IMG/VR virus record: IMGVR_UViG_3300030332_001053 | Coordinates: 1-30,742 of that record | Direction: 5' to 3' (one strand) | Source of the DNA: a virus | Taxonomy: Duplodnaviria > Caudoviricetes | Length of the DNA: 30,742 bases | Part shown: piece by piece, positions 17,307 through 24,266 of the stretch | Numbering within the stretch: position 1 is the first letter of the stretch | Layout of the letters: the number at the start of each line of letters is the position of its first letter | The notes under the pieces: generated by a model | Seen by the model: only the letters and a program-made list of their open reading frames with translations | Databases searched by the model: none | What the model was told of the DNA's origin: nothing | Program-made: the position numbers and the translations under genes

Positions 17307-17543
17307 TTATTTAATATTTAATTCCATAACCTTATATCCTAAATCTGTAATCATTAAAGAACGATTGACTGAGGAATATCCCACTAGTTTAAGATTACGT
17401 AATGTCTTAAGTCTAAGATTGACAGATGTTTTACTAATGTTTAGTTTTTCTGCAATTTCAACTTGTTTGGGGCTATTCTCGTATGTATTTCGAAAATCCT
17501 CGATAAACTGTAATAGCTCTAACTGATTGCTACTTAATTTCAT
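17307..17543 (-). CDS. LexA-type winged-helix DNA-binding protein (no peptidase domain)
   Basis: LSSNQLELLQFI...SPKQVEIAEKLNISKTSVNLRLKTL matches the LexA N-terminal domain pattern; 78 aa only. Confidence 0.8.
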   Translation of the reverse strand: MKLSSNQLELLQFIEDFRNTYENSPKQVEIAEKLNISKTSVNLRLKTLRNLKLVGYSSVNRSLMITDLGYKVMELNIK

Positions 17544-17935
17544 AATTGTGTTGTTAATATGTTAGCCTTTTGTAATAAATCTAAACCAGATTGATCCCGA
17601 TATAATTCACTATAATAAACCTCTTTGATACCACTTTGAATAATGAGTTTAGCACATTCAAAACAGGGGGAGTAAGAACAATATAAGACTGCGTTATCAC
17701 ACGATGATCCATTCTTAGCACACTTGAGAATAGCATTACTTTCCGCATGGAGCACTTCTGGTTTAGTTACACCATCTATCTCACAAACATTACTCATGCC
17801 ACTGGGGCAGCCATTATATCCCATGGAGATGATATTCTTATTCTTTACAAGTATTGCGCCAACCTTTGCACGTTCGCAATAAGACTCTTGGGCGACGCGT
17901 TCGGCTATGTCGATATATAAATTATGTTTACTCAT
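17540..17935 (-). CDS. dCMP deaminase family protein
   Basis: KVGA, GYNG, HAE and SPCFEC zinc-deaminase motifs. Probable start is MSKHN at 17935, overlapping the TS stop. Confidence 0.92.
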   Translation of the reverse strand: MSKHNLYIDIAERVAQESYCERAKVGAILVKNKNIISMGYNGCPSGMSNVCEIDGVTKPEVLHAESNAILKCAKNGSSCDNAVLYCSYSPCFECAKLIIQSGIKEVYYSELYRDQSGLDLLQKANILTTQL

Positions 17936-18743
17936 AGATTTTCGCTTTAATATGTGGTAAAGGATTATAATCAAGGAATTCTATTTTGTTAGGATCATAT
18001 TCTTCTAATGTTGGAAGATCTCCCAATGGGATTGTGGTGGGAATATATCGGGTTAAAGAATCTACCCGGTCTAAATATTCTTCAACCTGGTTTATATGCC
18101 CCTCGTAAATATGAGCGCTGCCAATGTTAATAATTACGTCCCCTATCGTTCTGTGCTTTGTTTGTTGGGAATTGATTGTGTTAACGACCAAAAACAAAAA
18201 CATTGCATAAAAGCACATATCATATGGCAACCCGATAAATGTATCGGCGCTTCTTTGTGATACAACTAAATCTATAGTATTTTCGTTAACTAATACTTGG
18301 AAAGTATAGAAGCAAGGAGGCAGGGCCATTTTGTCTAGATCGGCAGGATTCCATAAACTTATAATGTGTCTTCGACTATAAAGATTGAGTTTAAATCCTT
18401 TTATAAGTTCTGCCACTTGGTCTACCCCATTAAAGTCTCTGAATTGTTTACCATAAATCGGGCCTAAATCACCATTCTCATCGGCCCAGTTATCCCAAAT
18501 TTTACTACCGTTATCATTTAAGTACTTAACGTTAGTATCCCCATTCAACATCCACTTTAATTCATGTAAGAAATTTTTAGGAAATATCTTTTTACCAGAT
18601 AGCATGGGGAACCCATCCGTAGGATTTAATATAAGTTGTCGCCCGTGTAAATTCAATGTTGGGCCATTACGGGATGTTTGCTTTTCCCCTTTCGTGAGAA
18701 TGTCTTTGAGCAATTTGGTATAGTCTATCTCAAATTGTTGCAT
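17928..18743 (-). CDS. thyA: Thymidylate synthase (ThyA) homolog with dCMP-type specificity residues
   Basis: HELKW, LGPIYGKQFR, SRR, LPPC, QRSAD and AHIY motifs are present, but PCF replaces PCH and GLPYD replaces GLPFN. Confidence 0.9.
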   Translation of the reverse strand: MQQFEIDYTKLLKDILTKGEKQTSRNGPTLNLHGRQLILNPTDGFPMLSGKKIFPKNFLHELKWMLNGDTNVKYLNDNGSKIWDNWADENGDLGPIYGKQFRDFNGVDQVAELIKGFKLNLYSRRHIISLWNPADLDKMALPPCFYTFQVLVNENTIDLVVSQRSADTFIGLPYDMCFYAMFLFLVVNTINSQQTKHRTIGDVIINIGSAHIYEGHINQVEEYLDRVDSLTRYIPTTIPLGDLPTLEEYDPNKIEFLDYNPLPHIKAKIYE

Positions 18744-18755
18744 TGTTTTTAATTA

Positions 18756-19199
18756 TTAAATATTATTAGTTGATCCAAACGCTCCTTCACCCCGTTCTGT
18801 CTTATCCCAATGTATATCTTTGTCAGCTATCGGCACAAGCACCACGTCGACGTATACGACTGGTATTAAAATAAACTGTACCAACTTCATTCCTCGAGTA
18901 ATTTCAACTGTAGAGTCGCCTATGTTGGCCACATGAAGATGTACTTCACCTTGGTAGTCTTCATCCACTACACATGCCCCTACTTGCAATCCATGATTTA
19001 AGGCTATCCCTGATTTATTGAATGCACATAACATATGGCCTTCAGGAACTCTAACCTTAATACCACTTGGGATATTGATACTTTCATTAGGGCCTAAGAT
19101 TCTACTTTCAAAGTCTTCCGGTACATAGAAATCTAATCCAGCTGATTTACTTGTTCCCCTTGTCGGTGTTCTTACTGTTTTTATTTTTTGTATTAGCAT
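18756..19199 (-). CDS. dut: Trimeric dUTPase
   Basis: Five motifs: AGLD, KSG, VVDEDYQGE, LVQF and RGEGAFGST. Confidence 0.92.
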   Translation of the reverse strand: MLIQKIKTVRTPTRGTSKSAGLDFYVPEDFESRILGPNESINIPSGIKVRVPEGHMLCAFNKSGIALNHGLQVGACVVDEDYQGEVHLHVANIGDSTVEITRGMKLVQFILIPVVYVDVVLVPIADKDIHWDKTERGEGAFGSTNNI

Positions 19200-19464
19200 G
19201 ACCTTGATCTGTTAAATAATTATTTAGTCCACCTATATAAGCTACTGCATCAAGTAAATTATCTTCTTTGTGTGCATATGCCTCCCTAGATAGTTTCAAA
19301 GCTATAAGAGCTTTAAACATCTCCACAGCTGTTAGATTTAACCCAGTCATACCGTTGAAAACAATCGCAGCTCTTTCCATATTTTCAGAGATTGGTCCAT
19401 ATTGTCGTTCTTTCTCCTCACTCCTATGGTTTATAATTTGGTCTGCCCTTTTTAATATATTCAT
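19147..19464 (-). CDS. DUF6378-like all-helical protein (possible nucleotide pyrophosphohydrolase)
   Basis: ILKRADQII...RQYG...KLSR...EDNLLDAVAY pattern; probable start at ATG 19464. Confidence 0.7.
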   Translation of the reverse strand: MNILKRADQIINHRSEEKERQYGPISENMERAAIVFNGMTGLNLTAVEMFKALIALKLSREAYAHKEDNLLDAVAYIGGLNNYLTDQGHANTKNKNSKNTDKGNK

Positions 19465-19466
19465 AA

Positions 19467-19760
19467 TTAACAAAGTCTAATATTTTCCCCTCTAGTATAA
19501 ATTGCCTCAGCCTGTAATTTACGTTGTTCGGACGAAGGTGGTAAGATTTCACACTTAATACGAAGTAATGTAGCTGCTTTAGCCATATACATAATCTTCT
19601 TTAGGTCATTGTCGATTGGCCGTTGGAGTAAATACTCCCATGTGGCTATCAACATTCCAGTATTGTCTCCGGCAAGTTTAGGATCTGCCTTCACGATATT
19701 AGCGACGATTTTTTCACGTCGATCCATATCATCAAAGGACTTTTTCCATTTGATCCGCAT
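19467..19760 (-). CDS. Hypothetical protein, first gene of the nucleotide-metabolism operon
   Basis: 97-aa ORF directly after a promoter. Confidence 0.65.
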   Translation of the reverse strand: MRIKWKKSFDDMDRREKIVANIVKADPKLAGDNTGMLIATWEYLLQRPIDNDLKKIMYMAKAATLLRIKCEILPPSSEQRKLQAEAIYTRGENIRLC

Positions 19761-19786
19761 GATGCATGTTGTTAAATTATGAATAA

Positions 19787-19815
19787 AATATAAATTAAGT
19801 TAATTCAAAAGTAAA
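19787..19815 (-). promoter_or_regulatory. Leftward sigma70 promoter
   Basis: TTTACT (19815-19810), 17 nt, TATATT (19792-19787). Confidence 0.55.
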
Positions 19816-19835
19816 GCCTTAAGTCTGAAAAGGGG

Positions 19836-19863
19836 TTTACAAAACCTATGATCGGTGTATATT
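19836..19863 (+). promoter_or_regulatory. Rightward promoter for the candidate sRNA
   Basis: TTTACA (19836-19841), 16 nt, TATATT (19858-19863). Confidence 0.45.
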
Positions 19864-19869
19864 GTTTCT

Positions 19870-19987
19870 GCATGTTGCAATGTATTCTATCTTGCCGATC
19901 CCAAGGGATTATAGAGGTAGAATTTGACTCTCGGTAGGACGAAAGGGCTCAGGCTTGATCTATCCTACCAATGGGAGTTTTTAATTT
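19870..19987 (+). ncRNA. Candidate small regulatory RNA (5' seed, two hairpins, U-tract)
   Basis: Unpaired 19870-19883; stem 19884-19893/19914-19923; stems 19926-19932/19973-19979 and 19933-19939/19963-19969; T-rich tail; no substantial ORF. Confidence 0.5.
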
Positions 19988-20012
19988 ACTTTTTCGATAA
20001 TGTATGTATAAT
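19985..20012 (+). promoter_or_regulatory. Promoter for the replication genes
   Basis: TTTACT (19985-19990), 16 nt, TATAAT (20007-20012). Confidence 0.5.
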
Positions 20013-20027
20013 ATACTCATAAACTAA

Positions 20028-20130
20028 TCGTACACGTTATATTTATATTTATATTCGACAGTTTCAACCTCTTCATTCGCAAGACGTGTGCGAGCTTATT
20101 GTGCGTGGAGGGGTTGAAGTTGTTTAATAT
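20028..20130 (+). promoter_or_regulatory. Structured 5' leader of the initiator gene (long hairpin plus possible pseudoknot)
   Basis: Stem 20051-20076/20105-20130 with G-U pairs; 20028-20038 is complementary to loop segment 20083-20093. Confidence 0.55.
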
Positions 20131-20138
20131 ATTTTAAT

Positions 20139-20909
20139 ATGTTTACGACGATATTTCACCCATTACGGAAGATGTACCGCATGTCGTGCAACGAATATAT
20201 GGTTTTAGATTCCGTTCGAACTTTATCCGCTAATGCTGATTATGATTTTTGGTGTGTGATGTCGATACAGCGAATTGCCGACAACTTAGATCTCCATTAC
20301 AACACTGTATCGCTCGCAATGAAAAAATTAGAAGAGGTTGGACTATTAGTCCGGCGTAGGACAAATCCACAGGACACAGCATGTCGAGTTACGAATGAAT
20401 GGCACCAATGGTTCGCCCAAGGAACAGGTGACTTAATTATGGCTCTTAAAAATAAAAACGGTGAAGTAACGGGGTATATACCAAGGAAAACTATGAAACA
20501 AATTAATAAATCTGGAAACCCCCACAAAAAATGTGGCACCCCCACTAAAAATGTGGTAGACCCCCACAAAAAACGTGGGGGGGGTCCCACAAAAAACGTG
20601 GGTAATATATATAAAGATATAGATATCAATAAAATATATACCCTCTATAAGGAAAAAATTCAGAAGAATGCACGATTAACTGACGCAGCTAAAAAGAAAA
20701 TTAATACACGTTTAAAGGAATTCTCCGTTCAAGAAATAAATATTGCTATTGAAAACTTTGCTGCTGACTCATGGTGGATGGAAAAGAATTCCAACAAAGG
20801 AATGAAATGGTTCTTTGATACAGACGATAGGATTGAACAGTTTATAAATCTTAAACCTAAAATTATTAAAAAATCTAAACCAATTAAAAAACTAATCTCA
20901 ACCCTATGA
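20139..20909 (+). CDS. Phage replication initiator (lambda O-like replisome organiser)
   Basis: N-terminal wHTH (SIQRIADNLDLHYNTVSLAMKKLEEVGLL), repeat-coded linker, helical C-terminal domain; ATGA-coupled to the helicase. Confidence 0.85.
   Translation: MFTTIFHPLRKMYRMSCNEYMVLDSVRTLSANADYDFWCVMSIQRIADNLDLHYNTVSLAMKKLEEVGLLVRRRTNPQDTACRVTNEWHQWFAQGTGDLIMALKNKNGEVTGYIPRKTMKQINKSGNPHKKCGTPTKNVVDPHKKRGGGPTKNVGNIYKDIDINKIYTLYKEKIQKNARLTDAAKKKINTRLKEFSVQEINIAIENFAADSWWMEKNSNKGMKWFFDTDDRIEQFINLKPKIIKKSKPIKKLISTL
20521..20640. repeat. Four 16-bp iterons plus AT-rich tract: probable replication origin
   Basis: CCCACWAAAAAYGTGG at 20521, 20541, 20563 and 20586, each with an internal CCAC/GTGG dyad, followed by AT-rich 20603-20640. 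Confidence 0.85.
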
Positions 20910-22054
20910 ATCTCGAAAGAAAACTTTTACAGTATTATTTTAATAATCCTAACAAGTTATTAGCTTGTCAATTAGAGGATAATGATTTCTCTGAATTAGG
21001 ATTCGTTTATGTCGCTTTAAAGAAACATGCAGAAACTCACGGAGAGATAGATATCGAATTATTTACTATAGATAACATTAACGCTTATCTAGCTTTAGAT
21101 TTACATGAATATTATGGACCAATGAGCGATAAAGCTGAAGTAGAGATTATAAACAAACTACGAGAGGCAAGATTAGACATTATCGTAAAACAAACCGATA
21201 CAGTTAAAGAATTAAATACATTAGATGAATTAAGGAAACCACTACAAGTCGAAAAGGCTGTATCGTTTAAAGAAGATTTACAAGATTATTGGAAGGAATT
21301 TGCTGAAATTGCTACGAGAAGAGAAGCAACTGGAACTATTGGTTTACCTACTGGGATCAGTATGTTCAATGAATATCCATTAATTCCTAATACATTGTTA
21401 GTGATTGGAGCACGAACTTCTGTTGGAAAGACAGCTATGGCACTGAATATGGCGTATGGATTAGCGAAAGAAGGTGGAAAAGTTTTATATATGACAGCTG
21501 AAATGGATTATAATTCCGTTCTTTCAAGACTTTATGCTTTAGCAACAAATCATCCAGTTACAGGGTTTATACACGCACTCAATGATGATTTCGTATCAGA
21601 TGCACATAATGCTCTTCAAACAATAGATGGAGATATACACATAAAATATTGTGGAGGATGGAAATGGTCTAAAATCAAAAACTACATCATAGCAAGTAAG
21701 GATTACGATATGGTGGTATTAGATCATTTACATTATTTACCGGTAGAAGATAACGAGGTTCAATTTCTTACGCAAGTTATCAATGATGCTAAAATGATCG
21801 CAGGACAGAAACGAAACACGTTCGTGATGCTTGCTCAAGTAAACCGTGGAGTTGGAACTGCTGAACAAGAGCCGGAAGTGTATCATTTACGGGGATCAGG
21901 AGGAATTGAACAAGGGGCCGACATGGTTGCCATGCTTCACAGACCGGATCGAACGGAATCAGGAGGAATATTTACATTAGCTAAGAATCGTGGAGGAGCA
22001 TCCGGAGATAGATATGAAATACGCTTAGATTTAAAAACATTGAAAATAAAGTGA
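20906..22054 (+). CDS. dnaB: DnaB-like replicative helicase
   Basis: Walker A GARTSVGKT, TAEM, Walker B VVLDHLH, LAQVNR, LRGSGGIEQGAD and AKNRGG. Confidence 0.93.
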   Translation: MNLERKLLQYYFNNPNKLLACQLEDNDFSELGFVYVALKKHAETHGEIDIELFTIDNINAYLALDLHEYYGPMSDKAEVEIINKLREARLDIIVKQTDTVKELNTLDELRKPLQVEKAVSFKEDLQDYWKEFAEIATRREATGTIGLPTGISMFNEYPLIPNTLLVIGARTSVGKTAMALNMAYGLAKEGGKVLYMTAEMDYNSVLSRLYALATNHPVTGFIHALNDDFVSDAHNALQTIDGDIHIKYCGGWKWSKIKNYIIASKDYDMVVLDHLHYLPVEDNEVQFLTQVINDAKMIAGQKRNTFVMLAQVNRGVGTAEQEPEVYHLRGSGGIEQGADMVAMLHRPDRTESGGIFTLAKNRGGASGDRYEIRLDLKTLKIK

Positions 22055-22075
22055 CAAATATGGTATAATATTTAC

Positions 22076-22252
22076 ATGAAAGAGAAAGAATACGAATTAA
22101 TGCTTTCTGTTTATAACAGTAATCTGAATGAAACAATTGATTTATTCAACAAAATAAAAACAATCATTCGTCAGAGTAATTATCCATGTCAATTAGAAAT
22201 TCATGAGAGAAACTATTCAGGAGCAGATGTACATTTTAATTCTGAATTCTAG
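22076..22252 (+). CDS. Hypothetical 58-aa protein, possibly leaderless
   Basis: MKEKEYELMLSVYNSN...; the ATG is 7 nt after TGgTATAAT (22061-22069), with TTGAAA at 22040-22045. Not in the ORF track. Confidence 0.5.
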   Translation: MKEKEYELMLSVYNSNLNETIDLFNKIKTIIRQSNYPCQLEIHERNYSGADVHFNSEF

Positions 22253-22283
22253 AATTAGCAAGAATCTAGAATTATGTTATAAT
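22245..22283 (+). promoter_or_regulatory. Terminase promoter overlapped by a repeated palindromic site
   Basis: TTAGCA (22255-22260), 17 nt, TATAAT (22278-22283) with extended -10 TG; TCTAGAATTA occurs twice (22248, 22265). Confidence 0.55.
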
Positions 22284-22309
22284 AATTATAAGTTACAAAA
22301 ATAATCAAT

Positions 22310-22600
22310 ATGGTATTCGTAAAAGGACAATCAGGTAATCCTGCGGGCAAACCTAAAGGTGCTAAGAGTGAGAAAACTAAAGCTTGGGAAAAGCTTGGAT
22401 ATTACATTGCTAACGAAGGAGCACAGAAGTATCTTGAGTACTTAGAAGAATGTGAACCGGAAGAATACATGAAGAGGTTTGAATCTACATTAGAATACTT
22501 TAAACCTAAACTAGCAAGGAATCAAACAGAGTTAACAGGTAGAATTGTGAATGTAACTACAACTAAGTATGGAGGAAATCCAGGTACAAGTACCGCATAA
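22310..22600 (+). CDS. terS: Terminase small subunit (DUF5681-like N-terminus)
   Basis: FVKGQSGNPAGKPKG motif; overlaps the terL start. Confidence 0.8.
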   Translation: MVFVKGQSGNPAGKPKGAKSEKTKAWEKLGYYIANEGAQKYLEYLEECEPEEYMKRFESTLEYFKPKLARNQTELTGRIVNVTTTKYGGNPGTSTA

Positions 22601-23936
22601 TTTTCATCCAAGAAGTTATCAATTACCATTACTAGATGCGTTTGATCGAGGATATAAACGATTATTTGTTTTATGGCATAGACGAGCTGGTAAAGATCTA
22701 TGTTTATGGAATTTAATGATAAGAGAAGCCGTAGAACGCGTTGGATTATATTATTACCTTCTTCCCACGTATACTCAAGCCAAGAAGATAATCTGGGATG
22801 GAATCACACATGATGGATTGAAATTCATTGATTTTATACCAAGAGATCTAATCGATAATAAGAACGGTACAGAGCTTAAGATAGAACTATGGAACGGTTC
22901 AATCATCCAGCTGATAGGTACAGACAACTACGACGCAATTAGAGGAACGAATCCAATAGGCTGTGTCTTCTCCGAGTATGCTTACCAGAATCCTATGGCT
23001 TGGGAGGTTATTAAACCGATCCTTACAGTAAACAAAGGATGGGCGCTGTTCAACACGACTCCTAATGGAAAGAACCATTCATATGAAATGGATTACATGG
23101 CTAGAGAGAATCCCGATTGGTTTACTCAATCCTTGGATATACTTGCGACTGGAGTACTTTCCGTGGAAGATATGGATAAAGAACGTTTGGAGGGAATGAG
23201 CGAGGAAATGATTGCTCAAGAATACTTTTGTTCTTACGATGTAGGTAGACAGGGAGCGTATTATGCTGATCAAGTTAATGAATCGCGAGAGAACGATCGT
23301 ATTTGTGGCGTTCCGGAGGAAAAGAATCTTAAGACTGATCTCTGGTTAGATCTTGGAAAGAACGACTCAACCTCTATCATAATGCAGCAACTGGTAGGTC
23401 TAGAACTCCATCTAATCGATTTTATGGAAGATAGTGGTAAAGACATCGATTTTTATATAAAAACTCTTAGAGAGCGAAATTATAGCTATGGAGTAATGCA
23501 CTTACCTCACGATGCATTCCATAAACGCTTAGAAAGTGCTAAGACGATTGCCGAACAATTCGAAGAAGGTGGATTTAAAGTCGAAAGAGTACCACATGCT
23601 TCAATCCAAAACGGTATTCAACAAGTGCGAAAAATATTTCCCAGAGTTTATTTCGATAAAGACAAATGTTCATTGTTAGTTAGAGCATTAGAGAATTATC
23701 ATAAGGAATATGACGAAGTAGGTAAAGTATTTAAGAAAACTCCTAAACATGATTGGAGTTCACATGCCGCTGATGCAATGCGTTATTTAGCAATAGGATT
23801 TGAGAAGGAAGACAAGAATACGGAGAAAGAGGCAGAGCTAGCGAGGCGTGCATTTATTACGCAAGGACGGGATAAGGTTATGAAAGAACAAGACAAAGCT
23901 GCACAACGAGCGGTACGTAATTTCATTTCGGGTTGA
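22569..23936 (+). CDS. terL: Terminase large subunit
   Basis: YQ motif, Walker A HRRAGKD, Walker B CVFSE, TTPNG, nuclease DLG..D, LPHDA and HDWSSHAADAMRY. Confidence 0.96.
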   Translation: MEEIQVQVPHNFHPRSYQLPLLDAFDRGYKRLFVLWHRRAGKDLCLWNLMIREAVERVGLYYYLLPTYTQAKKIIWDGITHDGLKFIDFIPRDLIDNKNGTELKIELWNGSIIQLIGTDNYDAIRGTNPIGCVFSEYAYQNPMAWEVIKPILTVNKGWALFNTTPNGKNHSYEMDYMARENPDWFTQSLDILATGVLSVEDMDKERLEGMSEEMIAQEYFCSYDVGRQGAYYADQVNESRENDRICGVPEEKNLKTDLWLDLGKNDSTSIIMQQLVGLELHLIDFMEDSGKDIDFYIKTLRERNYSYGVMHLPHDAFHKRLESAKTIAEQFEEGGFKVERVPHASIQNGIQQVRKIFPRVYFDKDKCSLLVRALENYHKEYDEVGKVFKKTPKHDWSSHAADAMRYLAIGFEKEDKNTEKEAELARRAFITQGRDKVMKEQDKAAQRAVRNFISG

Positions 23937-23961
23937 CAAGTGTTATACGCTTTGGTACTAT
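23933..23961 (+). promoter_or_regulatory. Sigma70 promoter between terL and portal
   Basis: TTGACA (23933-23938), 17 nt, TACTAT (23956-23961). Confidence 0.6.
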
Positions 23962-23985
23962 AATACCGATCATATAGTCCCACTT

Positions 23986-24147
23986 ATGCAAGACTACCTA
24001 GTGAAAGCGTATTTAACAATCGAAGAGCGACACAAGCTTGAGGTTCTTAAGTCTGCTTTGGGAGTGAAGTCTAATAGTGGGGTAATTAGGAAGTTAATTG
24101 CGTTGATCTATAGTTTACAATTTGAAGATTTAACCAACCAACAATGA
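23986..24147 (+). CDS. Putative ribbon-helix-helix regulator (53 aa)
   Basis: MQDYLVKAYLT-IEERHKLEVLKSALG-VKSNSGVIRKLI strand-helix-turn-helix pattern, with its own promoter. Not in the ORF track. Confidence 0.6.
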   Translation: MQDYLVKAYLTIEERHKLEVLKSALGVKSNSGVIRKLIALIYSLQFEDLTNQQ

Positions 24148-24227
24148 CCACCAAACAAAAAGTACAGGAGCTAATCGACAAATCTACCTCAAAGAAGAAT
24201 AAATTGTTAAATAATTTAAATATATGA
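24144..24227 (+). CDS. Possible 27-aa basic peptide
   Basis: ATGA-coupled to the RHH ORF: MTTKQKVQELIDKSTSKKNKLLNNLNI. Confidence 0.3.
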   Translation: MTTKQKVQELIDKSTSKKNKLLNNLNI

Positions 24228-24266
24228 TATAATATTAATTGGAATTTCGCCGCTAATTATATTATT

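Noticed and set aside
19926-19979. Hammerhead ribozyme (GGACGAAA)
   Set aside because: No CUGANGA core in the required position.
20521-20601. CRISPR array
   Set aside because: Repeats are 16 bp with only 4-7 bp between them, inside a coding gene; they fit iterons.
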